From Thermoplasmata archaeon (lineage in GTDB: Archaea > Thermoplasmatota > Penumbrarchaeia > JAEHCK01 > GCA-020356005): a stretch of 51,724 bases of DNA. Position numbers and translations under genes: made by a program. Positions within the stretch are counted from its first letter, which is position 1. Every line of letters begins with the position of its first letter. The notes under the pieces are model-generated. The model saw only the letters and a program-made list of their open reading frames with translations, did no database searches and was not told the DNA's origin. The stretch covers positions 2,992,765 to 3,044,488 of the forward strand of contig CP070629.1 in assembly GCA_020356005.1 (NCBI GenBank). The letters are read 5' to 3'. Positions 25,807 to 34,344 of the stretch are shown piece after piece.

Positions 25807-26493
25807 CTACGGCCTTATTGCCTCCATAACACTAACCTTTGCTACCCGATTCAGCGGCCACAGTGCGGCGCTTATGCCCACGAGCATGACGATTAGAAGC
25901 GCTATGAGGATTATAACCGGTGGGGTGCGGAGAGGCCCGAAAAATATTGTACTTTCGCCGGATTCGAACATTGCATTAAATATATTGTTGGAGAGGTGGA
26001 CACCGACGAAGGTCCCCACCACCCATCCTGCGGTAACGATCCACATACTTTCGATAAAGAACAACCGCCTGATATTTGCCAGTGAGACACCAACCGCTTT
26101 AAGTATACCCACCTCCCGCCGTCTTTCCAGCATTGAGATTATCATAGTGTTGCTGACCAGAAATATGGCTGTTAAGAACACGATAAGGGTTGTCACATAC
26201 AGCCAGCCCAGGAGGGTTCGTTCCAGGTCGGAGTTGAGCTCATTCACCTCTTCGGTTTCGGAATCTTCCTCTGCTGTTGTGTTTTCATCCGGCCTGATTT
26301 CGGGCTCAAGTTCACCCCGAACTTCGAGCATCACGCCCATGCTCAGCGATGCGATAACTATGAAGAACACCACGCAGATAGCTACACCGGTTATGGTCAA
26401 AACATACCTGAGCTTGCGGTGCTGGAAATTGCGGTAAATATAGAGATAATGAGAAAATCTCTCTTTCTGCTTACTTTCAATCTTAGCAGTCAT
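25807..26493 (-). CDS. FtsX/MacB-type ABC permease, minimal form (no large extracytoplasmic domain)
   Basis: TM1 is RYVLTITGVAICVVFFIVIASL. A short acidic loop follows, then three C-terminal TM helices with the FtsX-like segment MLERRREVGILKAVGVSLANIRRLF. Confidence 0.8.
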   Translation of the reverse strand: MTAKIESKQKERFSHYLYIYRNFQHRKLRYVLTITGVAICVVFFIVIASLSMGVMLEVRGELEPEIRPDENTTAEEDSETEEVNELNSDLERTLLGWLYVTTLIVFLTAIFLVSNTMIISMLERRREVGILKAVGVSLANIRRLFFIESMWIVTAGWVVGTFVGVHLSNNIFNAMFESGESTIFFGPLRTPPVIILIALLIVMLVGISAALWPLNRVAKVSVMEAIRP

Positions 26494-26522
26494 TATTTCG
26501 CCTTTATTAGATTATATTAGAT

Positions 26523-26700
26523 TTTTATATGCTTTTAAATCGCTTCCAGAGGGGCGTCTGACGGTTTGCGGTTGCGCAGTGCGTACCGTCTTACGGCCAA
26601 CGTTTCACGGACGTCTACCGCTAGACGCCTAACGTTACGCCCCTCGCAACCGCACAACGTGAACCGCACCTCTATAAGCGATAAACAATCGCTTCAAATC
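26523..26700. repeat. Copy B of a roughly 175-bp imperfect palindromic intergenic element
   Basis: The left arm cgcttccagaggggcgtctgacggtttgcggttgcgcagtgcgtaccgt is roughly the reverse complement of the right arm acgttacgcccctcgcaaccgcacaacgtgaaccgcacctctataagcg. It lies between the ABC ATPase gene and the downstream permease gene. Confidence 0.75.
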
Positions 26701-26706
26701 TTTGTC

Positions 26707-27465
26707 CTACATGATTCTTCCGTCCTTCATTTTCATTATTCTGTTAGCATATGAGGCTATCTCGCTGTTATGCGTGGCCAAGATGATTGTGGTGCCGGTC
26801 CTGTTTTCCTTTTTGAAAAGTTCCATTATATGTTTGCCTGATCCCGAATCTACATTTCCCGTGGGCTCGTCTGCAAGTAACAGCTTGGGACGGTTCAGAA
26901 GAGCTCTGGCGATCGCCACGCGCTGCTGCTCCCCACCGCTCAGCTCAGAGGGGCGGTGGCTCATACGTTTTTCCAGGGCCATGCGGGTGAGCAGTTCCAC
27001 TGCATAATCCCAGGCGGCTTCTACCTCGCTTTCGGGATCGAACATCCTTGACACCATCACATTTTCCAGCGCCGTCAATGTGGGGATGAGGTTGAAGAAC
27101 TGGAAAACGAATCCCACGTTTTCTTTTCTGAACCTTGCCAGCTCGTCCTCAGACATACCATGTAATTTCGTGCCGCTAATCCTGATGCTGCCGCTGGAGG
27201 GCTGCTCCAGACCGCCCAGCAACTGCAGCAGCGTTGATTTACCTGCACCGGATGCGCCTTGGAGGGCAATGAATTCACCCTGCTGAATAACAAATGAGAC
27301 CTCTCCAAGTGCCTTCACCTTCATCTGGCCTACGGTGAATACCTTTTGTAAATGTTTTACTTCGATCAATGGTGTTTTTTCTTTCGGTTTGCGGCCTTCC
27401 GCTTGTTTTTGCAAGGTATCATGACCTTTCCGGTTACCTGGATTGGTCCTGTTCTTTTCATTCAT
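26707..27465 (-). CDS. ABC transporter ATP-binding protein (MacB/LolD type)
   Basis: Walker A is GASGAGKST, the signature is LSGGEQQRVAIARAL, Walker B is LLLADEPTGNVD, and the H-loop is ATHN. There is a roughly 35-aa basic N-terminal extension. The start overlaps the upstream permease stop by 8 nt. Confidence 0.92.
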   Translation of the reverse strand: MNEKNRTNPGNRKGHDTLQKQAEGRKPKEKTPLIEVKHLQKVFTVGQMKVKALGEVSFVIQQGEFIALQGASGAGKSTLLQLLGGLEQPSSGSIRISGTKLHGMSEDELARFRKENVGFVFQFFNLIPTLTALENVMVSRMFDPESEVEAAWDYAVELLTRMALEKRMSHRPSELSGGEQQRVAIARALLNRPKLLLADEPTGNVDSGSGKHIMELFKKENRTGTTIILATHNSEIASYANRIMKMKDGRIM

Positions 27466-28126
27466 ATCTCAACGCCTCTGCAGGTTTTAGTGATGCCGCA
27501 CGAAGAGCGGGGTATAATGCCGCAAGAGTTCCTGCGACAATTGAAATAAATGCGGCTGAAATTATTGTCCTGAATGTGATCTTGGCAGGTGCGAAAAACC
27601 AACCCAGCCCCTCACCGCCGCTTCCCGCGGAAGTAAACAGCTGGTCGCAACCAAGCGCAAGGGCTATTCCCAGCAACGTCCCTATCAAAAAAGCCAGGCC
27701 GGTGATAGCCCACGCTTCGAAAAAAACGAGTTTTCGAACCTGGCCGCTTGTGATCCCGATTGCTTTGAGGGTTCCCAGCTCGCGCTGGCGTTCCGAAATC
27801 GAAATCAGCATGGAATTGGCAACTGCCACAACCAGAATAATAACGAATACGGATGTGAGAACATTCAACCATCCGTCCAATAACTCCGACATTTCTTCGT
27901 AACGCTCGAGATGTTCAGAGCTTGTACGCCCTGAAATGTAATCATTCAACCCCTCCCCGAGGGAATTGAATAGAATAAATAATGCGATGCAAACCGCTAT
28001 ACCGCTAACCGTCAAATAGGTTCTTAATTTGTGTTCAGTTAGTGAGCGGAATATGTAATCTATTACACTGAATTTTTTCTGTTTATCTTTATGCAATTTG
28101 ATCCAACTCAATAAATTAAAATACAA
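27458..28126 (-). CDS. FtsX/MacB-type ABC permease, minimal form (second paralog)
   Basis: TM1 is LRTYLTVSGIAVCIALFILF. A short loop follows, then the FtsX segment ISERQRELGTLKAIGITSGQVRKLV and three TM helices. TTG start. Confidence 0.8.
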   Translation of the reverse strand: MYFNLLSWIKLHKDKQKKFSVIDYIFRSLTEHKLRTYLTVSGIAVCIALFILFNSLGEGLNDYISGRTSSEHLERYEEMSELLDGWLNVLTSVFVIILVVAVANSMLISISERQRELGTLKAIGITSGQVRKLVFFEAWAITGLAFLIGTLLGIALALGCDQLFTSAGSGGEGLGWFFAPAKITFRTIISAAFISIVAGTLAALYPALRAASLKPAEALRYE

Positions 28127-28198
28127 AACCAGCTTGCATATTTGTATTTATTATAATTAAGATTATAGGTGGATTTTTGACATATTTGGAGGATTACA

Positions 28199-28372
28199 AT
28201 AGCTTTTTTAAAGCTTTCTAATCGCTTCCAGAAGTGCGTCCGACGGTTGCGTCGGCGAAGTGCGTAACGTAATTCGGTTGTGTACTACGGCCGTCAAACG
28301 TCAGACGTGTTACGGTACGCCCCTCGCAACCGTCCAACGTTTACCGCCCTTCTATAAGCGCTTATAATCTCA
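28199..28372. repeat. Copy C of the roughly 175-bp imperfect palindromic intergenic element
   Basis: The left arm reads cgcttccagaagtgcgtccgacggttgcgtcggcgaagtgcgtaacgt and the right arm reads acggtacgcccctcgcaaccgtccaacgtttaccgcccttctataagcg. It lies between the KaiC-like gene and the first permease gene. Confidence 0.75.
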
Positions 28373-29074
28373 CTTAAATGTCTCGAACGCGATTTCGTCC
28401 GCCGCTATAACTATTCCCTGGTCGGTTATTGTGAACGGTCGTATGTGTTCGTCAAAGGATGTGCCCCTCATCTTCTCTATACCGATAGCGCGGATCTTTT
28501 CGCCTGCGGTGGTGGTCGTATAAAGCTTGATAACACCGCGGGCGAGGAAACCTTCCATCGAAGGTGAATTATCATTCGTCTCACAAATAATCAAAGATGT
28601 ACATCTGGCCTCGGTTAAAATCTTCATTATTGAAAGTATCCTGCGTCGACCTCCGGTAGGGTGGTCTTCCAGCATGCGCAGAGTGGATGTCGAGTCCAGT
28701 CCCACACGCTTGTGAGGGTGCCTGCGCAGTTCCTGGACTAACTCCTCCTCAAGGTACGAAAGGCTGAACATATCCGAACCCTCCTTTGTACCCGCCTCGG
28801 GTGAGACATCGAGTATCCTCACCTGACGGGTATCCCAGCCAAACTGCGCCATGTTCTGGCGGATCTCGTCGTAGGGCTCCTCGAGGGTGATATATAATGC
28901 CTCTTCACCTTTTCGTATGCTTTGCATAAGGAACTGCATAACAAAGATGCTTTTACCGGCACCGGGGCCCCCTGAAATTAAATAAGGGCGGCCTTCGATG
29001 AGTCCCCCTTTCAGCATTTTATCTAATCCGGGTATGCCTGTTCGGATTTTACGCAACTCAGGTATCGGTTCCAT
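28370..29074 (-). CDS. Single-domain KaiC/RadA-like (RecA-superfamily) ATPase
   Basis: The segment GIPGLDKMLKGGLIEGRPYLISGGPGAGKSIFVMQF contains Walker A. Walker-B-like RVGLDS is present. The length of 234 aa matches archaeal one-domain KaiC homologs. SD GGTGAT. Confidence 0.85.
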   Translation of the reverse strand: MEPIPELRKIRTGIPGLDKMLKGGLIEGRPYLISGGPGAGKSIFVMQFLMQSIRKGEEALYITLEEPYDEIRQNMAQFGWDTRQVRILDVSPEAGTKEGSDMFSLSYLEEELVQELRRHPHKRVGLDSTSTLRMLEDHPTGGRRRILSIMKILTEARCTSLIICETNDNSPSMEGFLARGVIKLYTTTTAGEKIRAIGIEKMRGTSFDEHIRPFTITDQGIVIAADEIAFETFK

Positions 29075-29231
29075 TTGATCACCATATCAAATTAATAAAG
29101 GCCAGATATGCAACTAAATCCCCTTATGGCACTTTCTATTTATAGTCATTTCGCTGTGGATTATTTAAAATGAATACTGAAAATGGGACCAAAAATTATT
29201 ATAGACGGCATCAATTATCAACTTCGATAGA

Positions 29232-30146
29232 ATGTCGATGGTATATGCCGTTAAAGGTAAGAATTCTTATGATAATACCCGGAAAATCCTGGAAGCGGCG
29301 GGCAATGAATTTATTAACAATGTAAGATCGCCGCTGCTTATAAAACCTAATCTTGTGGCAGACAGCCGCCATGAGGGCGCCACCACAGATCCGGAGGCTG
29401 TAAAAGCCGTTGTCGAATATTTAAAGGAAAAAACAAATGTTGAGGAAATCATAATCGCTGAGGGCTCAAGCGGCGATACGGAAAAAGCCTTTGATGTTCT
29501 AGGCTACCGAACGATATTCGACGCTTTGCGGATCCCGCTGAAAGATTTGAACAAGGACCAACCAACCTGGATAGATGGCGTAGACCCGTTGAGAGGCCGG
29601 CCGATAAAAATCCCCATTGCACAGAGCGTCCGCAACGCTCGCTACATTATATCATGTGTATTACCCAAAACCCACGATCACGGTATAGTAACATTGGGAA
29701 TAAAAAACCTGATAGGCGTGGTGCCGGGTACGAAATGGAAAAAGACCTTGCACGGGGGTGTTTATCCCGATGAACTGTCGGATCAGGAGCTTAAACGCAG
29801 TATCAGGGGATTTCATCAAAATGTATATTCTATATTTCGAGAGGTGGGAATAGATTTCACTATCATCGACGGGACTGTAGGTATGGAGGGAAACGGTCCC
29901 ATATCGGGTAAGCCTAAAGCAGCAAATTTCGGGCTCGGGGGATTCGATGCGGTGGCAACCGATGCCATAGGAACATTTCTTATGGGATTCGACCCGTATG
30001 AAATTGGTTATATTTACCTAAGCGAAAAGGGCGGTCTGGGGAAGGCAGATATATCTAAAATACAGGTCAATCTTGAGGGGTGGATATCACTTCGCAAGAA
30101 ATTCAAACCCCATTCGAGATACAGCAATATGCATTACAAACCCTGA
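29232..30146 (+). CDS. DUF362-family protein
   Basis: The pattern LIKPNLV...ATTDPEAVKAVVEYL...IIIAEGS...LPKTHDHGIVTLGIKNLIGVVPG...DGTVGMEGNGP matches what I recall of DUF362. The function is unknown. Confidence 0.6.
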   Translation: MSMVYAVKGKNSYDNTRKILEAAGNEFINNVRSPLLIKPNLVADSRHEGATTDPEAVKAVVEYLKEKTNVEEIIIAEGSSGDTEKAFDVLGYRTIFDALRIPLKDLNKDQPTWIDGVDPLRGRPIKIPIAQSVRNARYIISCVLPKTHDHGIVTLGIKNLIGVVPGTKWKKTLHGGVYPDELSDQELKRSIRGFHQNVYSIFREVGIDFTIIDGTVGMEGNGPISGKPKAANFGLGGFDAVATDAIGTFLMGFDPYEIGYIYLSEKGGLGKADISKIQVNLEGWISLRKKFKPHSRYSNMHYKP

Positions 30147-30292
30147 GCATTCCTTCTATTAATATAATACAGAACTATTAATTTTATACCAATTATTCTT
30201 CTGTGTAATATTAGTATTAAAGCATGTGTTTATTTAAGAGTAAAATATATACCCATTCACGATAATAATGGCCAAATTTCGGAGAGGCATAT

Positions 30293-31255
30293 ATGAAAGA
30301 AATCTGGACCGAAAAATATCGGCCGAAATTACTCAAAGAAGTAATTGGCCAGGCTGAAATTACAGATAGATTGAGTTCATATGTTACATCTAAGAATATC
30401 CCGCATCTATTATTCACAGGTGCTGCAGGTACAGGTAAGACGACCTGTGCACTTGCACTTGCCCGAGAGCTCTTCGGTGAGGATATCTGGCGGCAGAACT
30501 TCTCTGAGCTCAATGCTTCTGACGAGCGGGGCATTCAGGTGGTGCGTACAAAGATCAAGGATTTTGCCAGAACCGCACCCATGGGCGATCTGCCCTTCAA
30601 AATAATCTTTTTGGACGAAGCTGATGCGCTCACGCCGGAGGCCCAGGCAGCTTTAAGACGCACCATGGAGCGTTTTACTCATACATGCAGGTTTATTTTA
30701 TCATGCAATTACAGCAGCAAGATAATCGAGCCGATCCAATCGCGCTGTGCGGTATTTCGATTCCGAAAACTTGCGGATGACGCCGTAAAAAAGCACTTGC
30801 AGGCATTGGCAAAAAATGAGAAGTTGAAGCTTAACGCCAAAGCATATGATGCAATCATTTATATTGCGGAGGGCGATTTACGAAAAGCCACGAATGCACT
30901 GCAGGTGGCTGCAACACTTGGAAAGGACATAACTGAGGATACCATATACCATTCCACGGCGACAGCGCGGCCAGAGGAAATCGAAAAACTTGTGAAAACT
31001 GCTCTTAACGGCGATTTTTTGGGGGCACGAAGCTTACTGGATGAACTTTTAACGACATACGGGCTCTCCGGTGATGATATTATCAGCCAGATACATAAGA
31101 ACATATTTAATTTAAGTATACCGGAGCGATCAAAAGTAGAACTTGTAGATACCCTGGGCGAAATCGAATTCAGATTAGTAGAAGGCAGCAATGAGCGTAT
31201 TCAGCTTGAGACATTACTGGCACATTTCGTTCTGGTGGGTTCCAAGCATAAATAA
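30293..31255 (+). CDS. rfcS: Replication factor C small subunit
   Basis: WTEKYRPK, Walker A GAAGTGKTT, Walker B FLDEADAL, and the SRC motif IQSRCAVFRF. Length 320 aa with no intein. SD GGAGAGG. Confidence 0.95.
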   Translation: MKEIWTEKYRPKLLKEVIGQAEITDRLSSYVTSKNIPHLLFTGAAGTGKTTCALALARELFGEDIWRQNFSELNASDERGIQVVRTKIKDFARTAPMGDLPFKIIFLDEADALTPEAQAALRRTMERFTHTCRFILSCNYSSKIIEPIQSRCAVFRFRKLADDAVKKHLQALAKNEKLKLNAKAYDAIIYIAEGDLRKATNALQVAATLGKDITEDTIYHSTATARPEEIEKLVKTALNGDFLGARSLLDELLTTYGLSGDDIISQIHKNIFNLSIPERSKVELVDTLGEIEFRLVEGSNERIQLETLLAHFVLVGSKHK

Positions 31256-31301
31256 AATAAATCGATAATTTTTTTAAGTGAGGTAAATTCAAAGGTCAGG
31301 T

Positions 31302-32060
31302 GTGGAAGAATTGGCAAAAAAACGCAGGCAAAAAATCGAGAAAAAAGAGGATTATGTATTTAAAAAGCCTGATTTTCCCAAAGACGAATTCGTTCGAAAT
31401 GAACTGAGGAGCGCAAAAGCAACAGTAATTGCGTTTTTTTTCGGGATTCTAATTGCGTTAATATCACACGGTTTTTTGCGGGCGCTTGATGATTTCAGGG
31501 TGGGTGCTATCCTCGGGATATTTGCTATGGCTGCACTGCCGTTTGTATTTAATGCATTAAAAATGGATATGGGTGACTTCGAGAAGAAAAGTTGGTTAGG
31601 GGTTTTCGCTACATATTTTTTCACCTGGCTCATGATTTCTATATTAATAAGTAATCCACCTATATACGACCGTGCAGAACCCGCCATCAGGGATATCACC
31701 TTAGAACAATTAAATGAGAACATAACAAATAATCAAACCTTCTACAATTGGGTAGGCGCAGATAGTGCTGAAGGTAATTTTTTCTTCTATGAAAATCATA
31801 GCTTTCGAATTATAGTAGTGATCTGGGATAATTACAAGCTGAATACCAATACCATAAAATGTGAATTAATGCGCGTTGGAGGTGGGGAATACACAGCTGA
31901 AGCTGAAGATATGGGTAATGATAAATTCAGCTTTGAATTCAAAAAGGGTAGTCAAAGAATGCCCAAAGGAGATTATGAATACCTCATTACGGCAAAGGAC
32001 AAGGCGGGCAACACCGCCGAGGAGAGAGGGAAATTTCAAATTATAGAAAAGTTGTCGTAA
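31302..32060 (+). CDS. Hypothetical membrane protein with a C-terminal Ig-like region
   Basis: Three or four TM helices (ATVIAFFFGILIALISHGF, GAILGIFAMAALPFVF, LGVFATYFFTWLMISILI). The C-terminal segment KGDYEYLITAKDKAGNTAEERGKF is typical of beta-sandwich adhesin-like folds. GTG start, uncertain. Confidence 0.6.
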   Translation: MEELAKKRRQKIEKKEDYVFKKPDFPKDEFVRNELRSAKATVIAFFFGILIALISHGFLRALDDFRVGAILGIFAMAALPFVFNALKMDMGDFEKKSWLGVFATYFFTWLMISILISNPPIYDRAEPAIRDITLEQLNENITNNQTFYNWVGADSAEGNFFFYENHSFRIIVVIWDNYKLNTNTIKCELMRVGGGEYTAEAEDMGNDKFSFEFKKGSQRMPKGDYEYLITAKDKAGNTAEERGKFQIIEKLS

Positions 32061-32174
32061 GAGGCAGGAGGCAAGAGGCAAAAGCTCGACTCTTAGACTC
32101 CTTGACCCCTTGACTCTCAGACTCTTTTATATTTTTGACTCTTGGACTCTTGGATTCACAGACTCCTTGACTCG
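32061..32174. repeat. Word arrays: GAGGCAAG-type followed by 8-mer GACTCYTN arrays
   Basis: The sequence reads gaggcaggaggcaagaggcaaaag, then gactcttagactccttgaccccttgactctcagactc, then gactcttggactcttggattcacagactccttgactcg. It lies between convergent genes. Confidence 0.7.
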
Positions 32175-32221
32175 TTTGCTGCTAGCGCTTAAAATTATTT
32201 TCAGGTCGAAGCGTTCTGATT

Positions 32222-33628
32222 TTAATACTCCCACGGCGGTTTGTTTAAAATAAATTCAGTGAGGTATTGAGCGAATTGCTTCGAAGTAAGTTCGTCGCCG
32301 GAATATATATCGTAATTATCGTTTCGCACACTCTCATTTAATTGTTTACCGTGATTTAAGGTTTTAAACCGGTCCTTAATAAGTTCGAGTGCAGAAGTAT
32401 ATTCACGGTGAATGTTAACGAACCATCTCCCATCCTTCTCATACGGTTCCTTGATAACATTACTGGCGGATTTCCATTTATCAAGAAAACTGTTAGAATT
32501 ATTATGATCCACCGGCGGGCCTCGATGAACGGTCTCTGATGGAAGCTCAAAAGTATCAAGATGCAGTACCAGTAAAATTCTAGTGGGAAGGGGTCCTTTA
32601 GCATCATCTTCAACAAAAAAACGCGTTCGGTCAGCAGAGAAATCGTGCTGATCTAATAACTTTAATACGACCCTCATACTTTTTCTTACCTGGCCGAATA
32701 AAATATCATGCACAATTGGTTTTGAGCGAATTTCCAGCACAACGGTTAATCCACCCATTTCAGCTAGACCCGATTTCAGCTCTCCTGTTGACATCGGTTT
32801 CGGTATATTCGGAAAAAAGAACCGTTCGTCAGGCTTGGCAAGGTAGATAACAGCAGCCTGTTTCAGCAAATTCAGGATTTCTACCGAAACAGGTGCAGCA
32901 ACATTTCTAGAGACATCAATAGGATCGATAACCACCAGCGGTTCCGTGAATTTTGCTAGAGTTGCACGGTCAAACTCGGAGGCGATCGACTCCGGTATAA
33001 CAATGTTGGTTCCAGGTACCTCCCATTTTAAGGCAGCTTCCAGGACCTCATGGAAGCCTTTGTACTCGATGATAAGTACTTCGCACAGGTAGCCCGAAAA
33101 GCCCATAACGCGAATCTCGGCGCCGTACGCTCCGATACCTTTTAAAAACTGTTTGAACAGCCTTACCTGGGGCTTTAATTTATCATCCAGGTTGTTTATT
33201 ACATATTCCATATGAAAAGGTGTCCTGTCTACCGCAGAAAGCTTTTGCTTAGAGCTTTTGATTTCATAACAGGGAACGATATCAAGATGAATTTCATCGA
33301 TTTTACCGCGGAGGTAGGGATGCTCCGCATAGAGCTCCTGGGCATCCGGCAGGATTTCATATCCGATTTTCAATCCCATCTTTTCCAGCTCGTCCCGGGG
33401 TGTACTGGCCGGGAACATAATAAAAATATCAAGGTCCACTTCCTTGAGATGTGTATCTTTTGCTACCGAGCCTACAAGCATGGGCTTAACGCCCTCCAGG
33501 CCGAGTCGTTTTGTAATTTTTAATATCTTTTCTTCGATGTCGTTTTTAATAGCAAATATTTTTTCATTTTCCTCTGCCGAAGGCGTTATTCTGGTTAAAA
33601 CCGACTGTTCTAACTCCTGATGATCCAT
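32222..33628 (-). CDS. cca: CCA-adding enzyme (archaeal class I tRNA nucleotidyltransferase)
   Basis: The nucleotidyltransferase motif is LVGSVAKDTHLKEVDLDIFIMF. The 468-aa length and overall collinearity match archaeal CCA enzymes. Confidence 0.9.
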   Translation of the reverse strand: MDHQELEQSVLTRITPSAEENEKIFAIKNDIEEKILKITKRLGLEGVKPMLVGSVAKDTHLKEVDLDIFIMFPASTPRDELEKMGLKIGYEILPDAQELYAEHPYLRGKIDEIHLDIVPCYEIKSSKQKLSAVDRTPFHMEYVINNLDDKLKPQVRLFKQFLKGIGAYGAEIRVMGFSGYLCEVLIIEYKGFHEVLEAALKWEVPGTNIVIPESIASEFDRATLAKFTEPLVVIDPIDVSRNVAAPVSVEILNLLKQAAVIYLAKPDERFFFPNIPKPMSTGELKSGLAEMGGLTVVLEIRSKPIVHDILFGQVRKSMRVVLKLLDQHDFSADRTRFFVEDDAKGPLPTRILLVLHLDTFELPSETVHRGPPVDHNNSNSFLDKWKSASNVIKEPYEKDGRWFVNIHREYTSALELIKDRFKTLNHGKQLNESVRNDNYDIYSGDELTSKQFAQYLTEFILNKPPWEY

Positions 33629-33673
33629 TATACTACTCCTTTTCTTAATTTTAATGAAATGATCTCAATGGAT

Positions 33674-34246
33674 TCAAATTTCATCATTTGCATCGCTGAG
33701 GTCTACTACACTGATATCGGTATAGGTCGGTCCAGCTGGTGAAAGTACGCTTTTTTTAAGGATGATTTTATTTACATTTAGTGTACCGAAGAAATCACTG
33801 CTGTGCGCATTGATAACATTTTTCAGCTCTGACTTACCTCTTGGCGAGCGCACTCTCGCCAGGGTAATGTGTGGTTTGAAACCCTTTTTATCGGATTTGA
33901 ATCCAAGTGAGCGGAGTCCGGAATCCAGTTTACGCGAAATCTGAACCAATGGCGTTGCACCCTCCAGTCCGACCCAGATGACCTTTAGATAGTTTATGTT
34001 GGGGAATGCCCCGATTTTTTCAAATCTCAATTCGAAGGGCTGGATACCCCTGGAGCTTTCTATCATTTGTCCTGTAATTTGTTCTACCAGTACCTCATCT
34101 GTGTCGCCCAGAAATTTCAAGGTAATGTGAATATTTTCGGGTTCAACCAATTTAAGATCGGCTTTGGTGGCTTTCAGCTCTTCGGATAGTTTCACCAGTT
34201 CAGGCATTGGACCGATGTCCACTGCGATAAAAGCACGGAAAGGCAT
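33674..34246 (-). CDS. thpR: RNA 2',3'-cyclic phosphodiesterase / 2'-5' RNA ligase (2H family, ThpR/LigT)
   Basis: Two HxT motifs, HITLKFLG and HITLARV, at the expected spacing. Length 190 aa. Confidence 0.9.
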   Translation of the reverse strand: MPFRAFIAVDIGPMPELVKLSEELKATKADLKLVEPENIHITLKFLGDTDEVLVEQITGQMIESSRGIQPFELRFEKIGAFPNINYLKVIWVGLEGATPLVQISRKLDSGLRSLGFKSDKKGFKPHITLARVRSPRGKSELKNVINAHSSDFFGTLNVNKIILKKSVLSPAGPTYTDISVVDLSDANDEI

Positions 34247-34313
34247 TGCAGGGCTTCAATGGAGTAATGGTTTAAAAATTTTCTGTATGTCAGGGGAGTA
34301 GTACAAAACGAAA

Positions 34314-34327
34314 TATTAAATATAAAA
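34314..34327 (+). promoter_or_regulatory. Candidate TATA box for a leaderless pdaD transcript
   Basis: attaaatataaaaa is centred about 25 nt upstream of ATG 34345. There is no SD in between. Confidence 0.35.
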
Positions 34328-34344
34328 ACAAATATTGTGAATTT

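Noticed and set aside
25874-26437. A 187-aa + strand ORF antisense to the FtsX permease gene.
   Set aside because: The - strand frame carries TM helices and the FtsX-family segment. The + frame is a Ser/Arg/Thr-rich shadow without start signals.
24664-28372. Labelling the palindromic elements or word arrays as IS elements or transposons.
   Set aside because: There is no transposase or integrase ORF anywhere in the window, and no clear target-site duplications. At most they are MITE-like, so they are listed as repeats only.
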